Positions 1 through 9,868 of a stretch of DNA of 64,000 nt are shown here, piece after piece. The notes under the pieces were generated by a model. That model made no database searches, was not told the DNA's origin, and saw only the letters and a list, made by a program, of their open reading frames with translations. Location of the stretch: NCBI GenBank assembly GCA_965249725.1, contig CBDFMQ010000002.1, positions 2,528,001 to 2,592,000 on the forward strand, read 5' to 3'. Within the stretch, counting starts at the first letter, position 1. Each line of letters starts with the position of its first letter. Made by a program: the position numbers and the translations under genes. Source of the stretch: Longimicrobiales bacterium (GTDB lineage: Bacteria; Gemmatimonadota; Gemmatimonadetes; Longimicrobiales; Gaopeijiaceae).

Positions 1-450
1 GAGCGCCTTCAACTTGCGGTGCATGTCAAGTCGGTCGGCGCGGAAGTCGGACTCGTAGCGGTCGAAGCGGACATCCAGGCCGTCGAAGCGGCTCTCCAAC
101 CCGTCGAATCGGACCTCGAGGCGGTCGAAGCGCTCCTCCAACCCGTCGAGTCGGACCTCGAGGCGGTCGAACCACCCCTCCAATCCATCGAACCGAACCT
201 CAAGGTCGTCGAAGCGGCTCTCCAGGTGGATGAAGCGGACTTCGAGACCCTCGAACTTGGACTCCAGGCGCTCGACCCGGGCCTCGATGCGGTCGAGTCG
301 CTCGTTGGTGGCCACCAACCCGTCCACCACCTGGCGAACGTCGTCCCTCATCGCCTCGACGCCCACCTCCAGCTTGGTGAGCCTCGTTTCGATCCTGTCG
401 AATCTCTTCCCCAGGAATTCGACTAACTCGGAGAATTCGCTGTCGGTCAT
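1..450 (-). CDS. Heptad-repeat coiled-coil protein (3' end beyond the window edge)
   Basis: Read by hand, not in the ORF track. ATG at 450 opens 150 stop-free codons: MTDSEFSELVEFLGKRFDRIETRLTKLEVGVEAM...LESRFDDLEVRFDGLEGWFDRLEVRLDGLEERFDRLEVRFDGLESRFDG. 21-nt periodicity. Confidence 0.8.
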   Translation of the reverse strand, partial: MTDSEFSELVEFLGKRFDRIETRLTKLEVGVEAMRDDVRQVVDGLVATNERLDRIEARVERLESKFEGLEVRFIHLESRFDDLEVRFDGLEGWFDRLEVRLDGLEERFDRLEVRFDGLESRFDGLDVRFDRYESDFRADRLDMHRKLKAL

Positions 451-672
451 CCGCGTTGGGCCATGGGTGTCGGGGAGGACGAAGAGGGCAATCTATGCCG
501 GGGGGTCGGATCAATCCATGTCAGGATGGGAATCTGCCCAAGGGGGAGGTAGAAGCGCCACCTTGCGGCGGTTGAGTCAGTGGTGGAACAATGGTCTTCG
601 TAGGTTCGCCCTCCGGCCGTGCTGTCCGTCACACGGCCGGCACGGCCCGTCTTGGGAGTGTCGGAGGAACAC

Positions 673-1629
673 ATGAGACCATGGACCCTTCTTTTCGGCT
701 CCGCGTTCACCGTCGCGCTCATCGGCTGCGCCGACTCCCCGACTCCCGTGCCGCCGGAGGGCTACGTGGAGGTCCCGGGCGGCAGAATCTGGTATCAGAC
801 CCTCGGTGCCGAGTCGACCGGGACGCCCCTCCTCGTCATCCATGGCGGACCTGGTTTCGGCAGCTGCTCCTATGTCTCGACCCTCACGGGGATCGCCCAG
901 GACAGACCCGTCATCCTCTACGATCAGCTCGCTGCCGGACGATCGGATCACGCGGACGACACCTCCCTCTGGGAGATTCCCCGCTTCCTTGAAGAGATCG
1001 ATGCGCTGCGCACGGCCCTCCGGCTGGACGAGGTCCACGTAATGGGGCCTTCGTGGGGGGGCACGCTGGCGATCGAGTACATGCTTACGCGACCGGAAGG
1101 AGTGCGCTCGATCGTGTTCGTGGGGCCAATGCTCAGCACGCCTCGTTGGGTCGAGGAAGCCGCCGACTTGATTGAGCAGCTCCCTCCGAGTCAGCCGGAG
1201 GCGTTGAGGCAGGGGGAGGCGACCGGTGACTACGCGTCGCCGGAATACCTGGCCGCGACCGATTCCTTCTACGCCCGTTTCTTGGTGCGCAGCGAGTGGC
1301 CGTGGCCGGTGCTTCCGGGCTGTGAGGACGATCCCGGTCCAAACATGCAGGTCTACGAGCACATGTGGGGACCGACGGAGTTCACGGCGACCGGAACACT
1401 GCTGGACTTCGATCGGGTGGACCGGCTGCCGGAGCTCGATCTGCCCGTGCTCTTCGTCGTCGGCCGCTACGACGAGATTCCGACTGAGACCGTGCGCGAG
1501 TTCGCCGGACTGGTTCCCGGGGCCGCCTTCGAGATCATCGAGGATGCGGGGCACATGGTCAACATCGACGGCACGGAGGCATTTAACTCAGCGGTCGCCG
1601 CTTTCCTCGGGGACGTAGCCGTCCGCTGA
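673..1629 (+). CDS. Proline iminopeptidase-family alpha/beta hydrolase, probable lipoprotein
   Basis: HGGPG, YDQL, GPSWGG nucleophile elbow and C-terminal AGH. GGAGG RBS before ATG 673. LIGC lipobox-like signal. Confidence 0.85.
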   Translation: MRPWTLLFGSAFTVALIGCADSPTPVPPEGYVEVPGGRIWYQTLGAESTGTPLLVIHGGPGFGSCSYVSTLTGIAQDRPVILYDQLAAGRSDHADDTSLWEIPRFLEEIDALRTALRLDEVHVMGPSWGGTLAIEYMLTRPEGVRSIVFVGPMLSTPRWVEEAADLIEQLPPSQPEALRQGEATGDYASPEYLAATDSFYARFLVRSEWPWPVLPGCEDDPGPNMQVYEHMWGPTEFTATGTLLDFDRVDRLPELDLPVLFVVGRYDEIPTETVREFAGLVPGAAFEIIEDAGHMVNIDGTEAFNSAVAAFLGDVAVR

Positions 1630-1651
1630 GGGGGAGCTCCCGAAACGAACA

Positions 1652-1682
1652 TCGCCCCGCCCACTCCCCGTGGACGGGGCGA
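1652..1682. terminator. Hairpin between convergent genes
   Basis: TCGCCCCGCCCAC / GTGGACGGGGCGA inverted repeat. Confidence 0.55.
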
Positions 1683-1706
1683 CTCGTCAGTGCGCTGTGC
1701 TACCGG

Positions 1707-2135
1707 TCAGTTGGTCGGCCAACGCTGGTGAAACGACACCTGGCAGGACTGGCGTTCTAGGTGCGAGTACCACGCCCCCCAAAGCTCTGCCCACCGTGCG
1801 TCGTTCGCCATCACCTGGCGCCTTCCCCGTTCCCTATCATCCCACTCGGCCACGTTGGCTACCTCGTAGATCGTGGTGAAGTGCGCGTCTCCCCACACTC
1901 GCTGACGGAACGACCCGTAAACGGCACCGGGCAATTCCGGCGTGTTGGCAACCGCGTACTCCACGAACTCCGAAAAAGCGGCGCGTAGTGCAGGTCCCTC
2001 CCCAGGCGGTATGTCGCACTGTCGCACGGCCAGCATGGCTGCCGGCTCCTGCGCTTGTGCGGTCTGAGGGGCGAGGATCACGGCAAGTACCAGAGCGACG
2101 AATCCGATGGCGTTGCCGGGGATGTGGACGCGCAT
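1707..2135 (-). CDS. Secreted hypothetical protein (possibly NIPSNAP-like alpha/beta barrel)
   Basis: GGAGGAG RBS, signal peptide ending AQAQ, 142 aa. The fold is a guess. Confidence 0.7.
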   Translation of the reverse strand: MRVHIPGNAIGFVALVLAVILAPQTAQAQEPAAMLAVRQCDIPPGEGPALRAAFSEFVEYAVANTPELPGAVYGSFRQRVWGDAHFTTIYEVANVAEWDDRERGRRQVMANDARWAELWGAWYSHLERQSCQVSFHQRWPTN

Positions 2136-2381
2136 GTTACTCCTCCAGTCTGATCGGGTCTGCTCCCGACAGACTACGAGGAGATCGACCAAGGTGGTGA
2201 TCCTCAGCGGCGGGCTGCGGGAGGGGCCGCATGATAGATGCAGTTTGGGCGCGAGCGCAAACAAAAAAGCGCCGGCCGGACTGGAAAAGCCGTGCGCCGC
2301 TTGGTCCCCCGAGTGCGGAGGGTCGCAGACGCCACTATGATCCGAGGGTTCCTGTCGATCCCCATGTCGGTGAGCAATGCT

Positions 2382-4769
2382 ATGAAGCATCCTAGCCCCC
2401 TTCTCTGGTTAACCCTCGCGCTGTCTGCCCTCGGGTTCGTTCCGCGGGGTGCCCAGGCAATGACCCAAACGATGGCTGCCGGTGGTCCCTTGGCCGGATA
2501 CGGAACCTCTGTGGCTGTGAGCGACGGCGCGGTGTTCGTCGGAGAGGTTGGCAACATCATGCGGCCAGGCGCGGTCTATGTGTACCAAGAGGCCGGAGGC
2601 CAGTGGTCTGAAGCGGCCAGAATCGAAGCTTCCGACGGTTCCCCCGCCGACGGTTTCGGAGCGACCCTGGCAGTGGATAAGGCCACGATGCTGGTCGGAG
2701 CTATGCGTGAGGGTAAGGGGACTGTCTACACCTTCCAACGGACGGAATCGGGAGTTTGGGAGGAGGTGGGGCGACTCCTGCCCGACGAGGCGCCACCTCC
2801 AGGCTTCGGAGCCAGCCTGGCGATGCGAGACGGGATCGCCGTGGTCGGGGCGCCGGGAGCTACGGCAAGCTCACCAGCAGCCGCTGAAGAGGTGGTGTTC
2901 GTGTTCGAGCTGAACGGTGCCACCTCAACCCCGGGGGAACGCCTCGTTTCGGGGACACGCCCAGGCGGGTTCGGAGCGAGCGTTGCTGTCGAAGGGGACC
3001 GGTTCTTGGTGGGGGCTCCTCGAGAGGGTGGATCCGGAGCGGTCCATGAGTTCCGGCGCGCGCGGGGACAGTGGAAACACACCAGCATGTTGGCCGCCGC
3101 CGGCCTCAACGTTGACGACGGGTTCGGAGGTGCTGTCAGCCTAGACGGCGGTCGAGCGTTGGTGTCGGCTCCTGGCCGGGATGGTGCACGCGGCTCCGTG
3201 TTCGTGTTTGCGCTGGACGTTGAGACGGGTGCTTGGAGCCAGGTCGAGGAGCTTTCCCCGGCCCAGAGTGACGCCTCCGGCGGTCTTGGCACTTCCCTGG
3301 CAGCCGATGACGGTCACGTGTGGGCGGGAGCCCCCCGGGCCAACGACCGACGAGGGGTCGCTTACGTCTTTACCGCCGCACCGGGGACCGACCCTGCAGA
3401 GACCAGGGTCAGTCCTGAACTTCTCAGCGGCGACGCATTCGGTTCGAGCGTTGATGTGAGGGGTCCGGTGGCCGTTCTCGGTTTGACCGGGGCCGACTAT
3501 GGCATGGGTCGAGCGATCATCTATGAGCGCAGGGATGGAGCCTGGCAGAGGGCCCAAATCGTCATGGGTCAGGTCGAACAATTCGCGGCGGTCCGTGGCG
3601 GTCAGATCGATTGTACGGGTGGCAAGGCCTTGGCGTTCGACTGTAGCGAGTACGACCTGGTGGCTTACATGCCGATTGAGGAGCTCGGTGGTCCCCGCGG
3701 TGTGAGGATGAACGACATCTGGGGATGGACCGACCAGGTGACAGGACGCGAGTACGCGCTGGCCGGCCGACGCGACGGAACCTCATTCGTAGATGTCAGC
3801 GATCCGGCCGACCCGAGGTATGTGGGCCAACTCCTCAGAACGGCAGGGTCCCCGGCGAGTACGCACCGGGACATCAAGGTCTATGCAGATCATGCCTTTA
3901 TCGTCGCCGACGGCGCCCAGGAGCACGGCGTACAGGTGTTCGATCTGACCCAGCTCCGGGACGTCATCGAACCGATCACGTTCGAGGAGACTGCCCACTA
4001 CGACGGAATCGCTAGTGCTCACAACATCGTGATCAACGAGGAGTCCGGCTTCGCGTACAGCGTCGGGAACAAGGCTGGTGGAGAAACCTGCGGAGGAGGC
4101 CTTCACATCATCGACGTCAGGGAACCCACCAAGCCGACGTTTGCCGGGTGTTTCGCCGACCCCCTTACCGGCAGATCGAACACCGGAACGACACACGACG
4201 CCCAGTGTGTTTCCTACCGAGGACCCGATCAGGACCACGTCGGCAAGGAGATCTGCCTGGGTGCTAACCAGACCGCGCTCAGCATCGCAGACGTGACCGA
4301 CCCGGCCAACGCGAAGGCGATCGCACGGGTCAGCTATCCCAATCTGGGCTTCACTCACCAAGGGTGGCTCACAGAGGATCATCGGTACTTCTACACGAAC
4401 GATGAACTGGACGAGATCGCCGGTCTCCCAAAGACCCGCACGTTGATCTGGGACCTCTCAGACCTGGACGATCCGCAACTGGTCAAAGAGCACTTCGGCA
4501 CCCAAGCGGGCAGCGATCACAACCTCTACATCCGCGGCGATCTGATGTATCAGTCCAACTACCGGAGCGGTCTGCGTGTTCTCGACATCAGCGATCGCGA
4601 GAATCCGGTGGAAATCGGGTACTTCGATACCGTGCCCTACGGAGACAATTCGGCCGGTATGGGATTCGGCTCGTGGAGCAACTACCCATTTTTCGAGAGC
4701 GGCATTGTCATCCTGACGAGCAACTACGAGGGATTGTTCATCCTCAAGAAGAAGCAGCCCATAACCTGA
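2382..4769 (+). CDS. Choice-of-anchor B family protein with N-terminal FG-GAP-like repeats
   Basis: Signal peptide. Repeated FGASVAxxG...VGAP...G.VYVF units. C-terminal NDIWGWTD, RDIKVY, HQGWLTEDH, HNLYI and WSNYPFFESG motifs. Confidence 0.85.
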   Translation: MKHPSPLLWLTLALSALGFVPRGAQAMTQTMAAGGPLAGYGTSVAVSDGAVFVGEVGNIMRPGAVYVYQEAGGQWSEAARIEASDGSPADGFGATLAVDKATMLVGAMREGKGTVYTFQRTESGVWEEVGRLLPDEAPPPGFGASLAMRDGIAVVGAPGATASSPAAAEEVVFVFELNGATSTPGERLVSGTRPGGFGASVAVEGDRFLVGAPREGGSGAVHEFRRARGQWKHTSMLAAAGLNVDDGFGGAVSLDGGRALVSAPGRDGARGSVFVFALDVETGAWSQVEELSPAQSDASGGLGTSLAADDGHVWAGAPRANDRRGVAYVFTAAPGTDPAETRVSPELLSGDAFGSSVDVRGPVAVLGLTGADYGMGRAIIYERRDGAWQRAQIVMGQVEQFAAVRGGQIDCTGGKALAFDCSEYDLVAYMPIEELGGPRGVRMNDIWGWTDQVTGREYALAGRRDGTSFVDVSDPADPRYVGQLLRTAGSPASTHRDIKVYADHAFIVADGAQEHGVQVFDLTQLRDVIEPITFEETAHYDGIASAHNIVINEESGFAYSVGNKAGGETCGGGLHIIDVREPTKPTFAGCFADPLTGRSNTGTTHDAQCVSYRGPDQDHVGKEICLGANQTALSIADVTDPANAKAIARVSYPNLGFTHQGWLTEDHRYFYTNDELDEIAGLPKTRTLIWDLSDLDDPQLVKEHFGTQAGSDHNLYIRGDLMYQSNYRSGLRVLDISDRENPVEIGYFDTVPYGDNSAGMGFGSWSNYPFFESGIVILTSNYEGLFILKKKQPIT

Positions 4770-4794
4770 GGGCCGGACTTCGTTCGGCCTCTCT

Positions 4795-4979
4795 CAGTAC
4801 GCCCGACAGGATTGAGCTGCGGGGGCCCCTTCGGGCCTCCTCGCTCGTCTCGGCGAAGCGCGGGCTGCCCGCACTGCGGAAGACCAGCCCGGACGCCTCG
4901 GCTCGAACCTCAGGTCGTATCCGCACCAGACCGTAATAGCGAAGGCCCCAGGGGAAACCGCGTCCCCTGGGGCCTTCGC
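4795..4979 (-). repeat. tRNA-linked repeat unit carrying a 19-bp copy of the tRNA-Arg 3' end
   Basis: CAGTACGCCCGACAGGATT at both 4795-4813 and 4980-4998. TCGAACCT, the continuation of the T-arm, reappears at 4903-4910. Confidence 0.75.
4939..4979 (-). terminator. 17-bp perfect-stem hairpin just downstream of tRNA-Arg
   Basis: GCGAAGGCCCCAGGGGA-aaccgcg-TCCCCTGGGGCCTTCGC. Confidence 0.7.
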
Positions 4980-4982
4980 CAG

Positions 4983-5056
<74 letters not shown>

Positions 5057-5147
5057 ATTTGCAGGGCCTCATCCGGCCGCTGCGATGCTAATGATCGCCA
5101 CTTCACTGCGCGGGTCAAGGTTCGGGGGCGACCGCTGAAACGGGAAA

Positions 5148-5178
5148 CGCGCCCGCCGCCGGTTAGGCGACGGGCGCG
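5148..5178 (-). terminator. Probable intrinsic terminator of rnpB
   Basis: Minus strand CGCGCCCGTCGCC-taacc-GGCGGCGGGCGCG followed by TTTCCCGTTT. Confidence 0.65.
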
Positions 5179-5183
5179 ACAAC

Positions 5184-5565
<382 letters not shown>

Positions 5566-5668
5566 TACAAGCCCATGCGGACCAAGAATCCGGCGCCGAA
5601 GCGCCGGATCTCGCTGGTACGTCTAACTCTAAACCCAACCGCAGTTTGGAACAACGATGGAGCCGTGA

Positions 5669-6229
5669 TCAGAAGGTCCAGAACAGTCCCGCACTCATCT
5701 CGGTGCTGGACTGCGTGATCAGCTCGTGGTTGTCCTGCCGGAAGCGGTACTCGGCCCGGACGCCCAAGTGGTCGGAGACCCAAAGGCGGAACCCGAACGG
5801 GAAGTAGAAGGTGTTTCGCGAGAAGCGCTGACCCTCGGAATCCTCGTCATACCGGGCGAAAATACCAGCCGACGCGCCGCCGTACGGCTCGAACGGACCC
5901 ATGACGTGACGAAACTGCACGCCGACGGTAAGCGCGAAGAGACTCGCCTTCTTCGTCGGCAGCGAAGGGGCGAACTCAAAATCGTCGTCCTGCTGCACGT
6001 CCGGACGACTAAACCACGCCTCGACCTCTACGCGGGCGTAGTCGGCCATGCGCGTGTCCGCCCTGACCGAAAAGGCCGGAAACTTCTCATTAGCGGAGGG
6101 TTCGTAGCTCAGTGCTCCGCCCATCACGGCGACGCTCCAGCTATCCCTGAGCGTTGGCGAATCGGACGTCTGACCCGCGAGTGGCGAGCCCACGAGCACC
6201 ATCAGGGCTGCGGCGGTCGGAACCTTCAC
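5669..6229 (-). CDS. Small outer-membrane beta-barrel protein
   Basis: Signal peptide, amphipathic strands, PYGGASAG, C-terminal GLFWTF ending in Phe. Confidence 0.8.
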   Translation of the reverse strand: MKVPTAAALMVLVGSPLAGQTSDSPTLRDSWSVAVMGGALSYEPSANEKFPAFSVRADTRMADYARVEVEAWFSRPDVQQDDDFEFAPSLPTKKASLFALTVGVQFRHVMGPFEPYGGASAGIFARYDEDSEGQRFSRNTFYFPFGFRLWVSDHLGVRAEYRFRQDNHELITQSSTEMSAGLFWTF

Positions 6230-6390
6230 TTTGGATATCCGGCTGAGAGATCGATTTCTTCGGACGGGCTAAGACTAGTCGTCCGGTTCAGCACGGGCCA
6301 GAAGGAGGAAGCCCTGGCCTCAACACCGCCGGCCGTCGATGTTTGGCCCTTCGTCGCAGAGCATCCGACCGGCAAGGAGCGTTTCAAGAA

Positions 6391-7548
6391 GTGCAGCCGA
6401 GACCATCCTACGACATCGATGCCTGGAGGGCCCAGATACCCATCCTCCAGACCATGATTCCCATGAACAACTGCTCGCAGGCGCCGCAGGCGGTGTCCGT
6501 ACGCGAGGCGGCCGAGCGCTACCTGGACTCCTGGCGCGACGACGTGATGGACTGGGAGCCCTGGATCGAAGAGGTGGAGCGCGCGCGCGCCGAATTCGCC
6601 CGACTGATCAATGCGGATCCGGAGGACGTGGGGGTTTGTGGTTCGGTGTCTCAGGCCACGGCTGCAGTGGCCGGTGCACTCTCGTATGACGTCCCGCGAG
6701 ACACGGTCGTGGTATCGCAGGCGGAGTTCCCGACGGTGGGGCACGTATGGCAGGCCCACCAACGCCTCGGCGCCAAGCTGCGGTGGGTGCCCGTGGAGGG
6801 TGGAGAGATCTCGTTGGATCGGTACTCAGAGACGCTGGATGCCGACGTGGCCCTGGTCTCCGCCTGCCACGGCTACTACCAGACAGGCTTCAAGCAGGAT
6901 ATCGACGCCCTCGTCGACCTTGCCCACACTGCCGGCGCTCTCTTGTTCGTGGACGCGTACCAGACGCTCGGCACCCACCCGATCGACGTGCAGTCACTGG
7001 ACGTCGACTTCCTGGCTTCCGGTAATCTGAAGTACCTCATGGGCGTGCCGGGAATCGCCTTCCTCTATGTGAGACGGGATGTGGCCGAAGGGCTGGAGCC
7101 CAACGTGACGGGTTGGTTCGGCCAGCGGCATCCTTACGCGTTCGAGGTGGACGTATTGGAGTTCGCCGGAGGCGCTCGCCGTTTCGACACGGGTACTCCC
7201 CCAATCCCCAACGCCTATATCGCTCGCGCCGGGATGGAGATCATCAACGAGGTCGGGCCCGCGGCGATCAAGGAGTGGACCGAAGAGCTGTCACGGTGTC
7301 TCATCGAGGGTGGTCTGGAACGAGGCCTCGCCCGGATCGGTCCGGACGACCCCGCACGAAAGACGCCGAGTACCGCCTTCGTGTGTCCCGGAGATTCCCA
7401 TGTCGCGGAGGCGATGCTGCGCGAGCGCGGCGTGATCGGCTCAGCTCGAGGACACGTGGTTCGGATGGCTCCCCATTTCTACTCCACGATCGAGGACGTA
7501 GACACGGCGCTCGACGCCTTGGCCGAGGTATTCGGGGAGCTCGCGTGA
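6391..7548 (+). CDS. Aminotransferase class V PLP enzyme (kynureninase/cysteine desulfurase-like)
   Basis: EFPT, VDAYQTLG, SGNLKYLMG (PLP lysine), RRFDTGTP. GTG start after AAGGAG. Confidence 0.85.
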   Translation: MQPRPSYDIDAWRAQIPILQTMIPMNNCSQAPQAVSVREAAERYLDSWRDDVMDWEPWIEEVERARAEFARLINADPEDVGVCGSVSQATAAVAGALSYDVPRDTVVVSQAEFPTVGHVWQAHQRLGAKLRWVPVEGGEISLDRYSETLDADVALVSACHGYYQTGFKQDIDALVDLAHTAGALLFVDAYQTLGTHPIDVQSLDVDFLASGNLKYLMGVPGIAFLYVRRDVAEGLEPNVTGWFGQRHPYAFEVDVLEFAGGARRFDTGTPPIPNAYIARAGMEIINEVGPAAIKEWTEELSRCLIEGGLERGLARIGPDDPARKTPSTAFVCPGDSHVAEAMLRERGVIGSARGHVVRMAPHFYSTIEDVDTALDALAEVFGELA

Positions 7549-8897
7549 CCGAGGGCGCCGGGCTGACCCGCGAGACCTTCACGTCCCGGCTGGGGCTTGT
7601 GGCCACCATGATCGGTGTGGCCGTGGGGCTCGGGAACGTGTGGCGGTTCCCCTACATGGTGGGGCGTTTCGGCGGAGCGGCGTTCGTGCTGGTCTACCTG
7701 CTACTCGCACTTCTGATCGGGATTCCGGCGCTGATGGCCGAGTGGTCCCTCGGCCGCCACACACGCCGCGGCAGCGTCGGCGCCTTCGCCCAGGCCGGCC
7801 TCCCGGCGGGAAGGGCCCTCGGCTGGTTCTTCTTCTTCGCGGTCACCGCAGCGAACGGCTACTACAGCACGGCCATCGGGTGGGTTCTGTATCACGGCGT
7901 AGGGGAGGCCGCGGCGTTGGTCGGAATGCCCTTCGACGCATCAGGGGTCCTTCCTCCCGAGGCGGGATTCAGTCCAAGGTCGTTGGGACTGCAGCTGCTG
8001 TGCACCTCTACCGTCGTACTTGCCTGTGTCGTGGTGTTGGTGAGGGGACTCAGGTCGGGAATCGAGCGTGCCAGCTCGGTGATCACCCCCCTGCTCTTCG
8101 TGATCCTCATCATTCTGGTCGTGCGCGGGCTGACGCTGCCCGGAGCAGAAGAAGGGGTCCAGTGGTTTCTGTTCAAGTTCGAGTTGAGCGACTTGAACGC
8201 GGCCGTGGTTCTTGCAGCGCTGGGCCAGGTAGTCTTCTCTTTGGCGCTGGGCGGCACCTTCATGGTTGTGTACGGATCGTACCTGAATGAAAGCGACGCC
8301 CTCGGGTCGAACGCCATTCTCACGGTCCTGGGCGACACCGGAGCGGGCCTCCTCGCCGGGCTGGCCATCTTCCCGGCGGTCTTCGCGCTGGGCCTCGAGC
8401 CTGGAAGCGGTCCGGGGCTCATCTTCGCGACCCTTCCCCAGGTCTTCTCCGGCATGCCCGCGGGACACCTCTTCGGCCTCCTTTTCTTCGTCGCGCTGGG
8501 CAGCGCCGCCTACCTGAGCGCGGTGGCGGCTTTCGAGGTGCTGGTCGCCGGTCTGACCGACAACACGGACATGGACCGGAGCCGCGCCGTCTGGCTCGTG
8601 GCAGGCAGCGTCGTCCTCTTGGCGATCCCGCCGATGATCAACCTCAAGATCTTCATTCCCTGGGATCTCACGTTCGGGACGGGCTTCCAGACGGTCGGAG
8701 CACTCGCCGCAGCGGTGACCGTCGGATGGGCGCTGAAGCGAGGTGACGCGCTGAAACAGCTGGCGGGTGACCGGGCGGACGAGAGGCTGTTCAGATGGCT
8801 CTACTTCTGGATCCGCTTCGTCGTCCCGGGAGCCATTCTGGCCGTGGGCACCTGGTGGGTGCTCACGGAAGTGCTCGGTGTCGTGGGCGGCGTCTAA
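7545..8897 (+). CDS. Sodium-dependent transporter, NSS/SLC6 family
   Basis: AVGLGNVWRFPY signature, GGAAF, GPGLIFATLP, multiple TM helices. GTGA overlap with the upstream gene. Confidence 0.92.
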   Translation: MTEGAGLTRETFTSRLGLVATMIGVAVGLGNVWRFPYMVGRFGGAAFVLVYLLLALLIGIPALMAEWSLGRHTRRGSVGAFAQAGLPAGRALGWFFFFAVTAANGYYSTAIGWVLYHGVGEAAALVGMPFDASGVLPPEAGFSPRSLGLQLLCTSTVVLACVVVLVRGLRSGIERASSVITPLLFVILIILVVRGLTLPGAEEGVQWFLFKFELSDLNAAVVLAALGQVVFSLALGGTFMVVYGSYLNESDALGSNAILTVLGDTGAGLLAGLAIFPAVFALGLEPGSGPGLIFATLPQVFSGMPAGHLFGLLFFVALGSAAYLSAVAAFEVLVAGLTDNTDMDRSRAVWLVAGSVVLLAIPPMINLKIFIPWDLTFGTGFQTVGALAAAVTVGWALKRGDALKQLAGDRADERLFRWLYFWIRFVVPGAILAVGTWWVLTEVLGVVGGV

Positions 8898-9868
8898 GGA
8901 CCGCCGGCCATCCAGCGGTAGATCCCTCGGACATTGAGAGAGAACCACGCGTCGTACTGGCCCCAGTGGCTGAACTCGGGCAAGCGGATCTCCTCAGCGG
9001 CTCTGTCTTCCGACCATCCTGCTTCGATCGCGGCTCTGACCTCGGATCGAAGCTGATCGTAGTAGGCGATCTGGCGACGGATGGAGCTTCGGTCCCCGGA
9101 CGGGCCGTGCCCGAAGACCATGGTCTCGAAGTCGATCTCCAGGAGTCCGGTGAGGGATTCGAAGAAATCAGGAAAGACCCAGGACCCCATGTCCTGATAG
9201 CCGACACGATCGTGGGACACGAAGTCCACGGCGAACGCCACCTGTACGTCCGGAACGAAGACGACCGTCGAGTTGTCGGTGTGGTTGGCCCCGACGTAGT
9301 GGAGCTCGATGTCCCGGCCACCCAGGTTGAAGGACATGAACTCTTGGTATGTGACCGTGGGCACGGGAAGGTCGGGGCTACCGGCCGCAGCAATGGGCGC
9401 GGCCGCGTTGCGGTGCGCCAGAATCGGCACAGTCTGACCCATCTCGCCCATGAGGGCCGGAGCGCCCGTCGCGTGGTCGGCGTCCTTATGGCTATAGACA
9501 ATGGCCACCAGCGGAGCGCCGGGTGCCACCTTCTCGATCTCCCTGGCGTACTGCGTCGCCGCCTCCGGAGAGATCGGGTCGACGGCCACGACACCGGCCG
9601 GGGTGACGATGAAGAACCCGTTGTGTCCCTGCCACCGATACTGATAGACCCCATCGGCGACGCGGGTCGTCTCGTAGTCCGGGGTCTGTGCCTCGACAGC
9701 GCGTGCACCGACCGCCAGGGCGCCGACCGCCAGGGGACCGACCGCGAAGGGACCAAGCGCCATCGGCCCGAACGCGACCAGCGAACCAGCCACGAACCCG
9801 GCCAAGGACCACATCGTCTTCGACCGCAGGGAACCGCATGTGACTCGTCTCATGGAAGTGGTCCTCAT
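8894..9868 (-). CDS. Exported MBL-fold metallo-hydrolase
   Basis: SHKDADH (variant HxHxDH), NHT, D and GHG motifs. Signal peptide. ATGA overlap with the DUF5706 gene. Confidence 0.8.
   Translation of the reverse strand: MRTTSMRRVTCGSLRSKTMWSLAGFVAGSLVAFGPMALGPFAVGPLAVGALAVGARAVEAQTPDYETTRVADGVYQYRWQGHNGFFIVTPAGVVAVDPISPEAATQYAREIEKVAPGAPLVAIVYSHKDADHATGAPALMGEMGQTVPILAHRNAAAPIAAAGSPDLPVPTVTYQEFMSFNLGGRDIELHYVGANHTDNSTVVFVPDVQVAFAVDFVSHDRVGYQDMGSWVFPDFFESLTGLLEIDFETMVFGHGPSGDRSSIRRQIAYYDQLRSEVRAAIEAGWSEDRAAEEIRLPEFSHWGQYDAWFSLNVRGIYRWMAGGP
9708..9782. repeat. 15-bp degenerate tandem repeat (about 5 copies) in the MBL signal region
   Basis: CCGACCGCCAGGGCG / CCGACCGCCAGGGGA / CCGACCGCGAAGGGA..., encoding GPMAL-GPFAV-GPLAV-GALAV-GARAV. 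Confidence 0.75.

Noticed and set aside
19..426. Plus-strand 135-aa repeat ORF (VEAALQPVESDLEA)
   Set aside because: Antisense shadow of the minus-strand heptad gene, which has a proper ATG and coiled-coil pattern.
2136..2381. Riboswitch in the divergent intergenic region
   Set aside because: Some imperfect hairpins are present, but no recognisable aptamer consensus.
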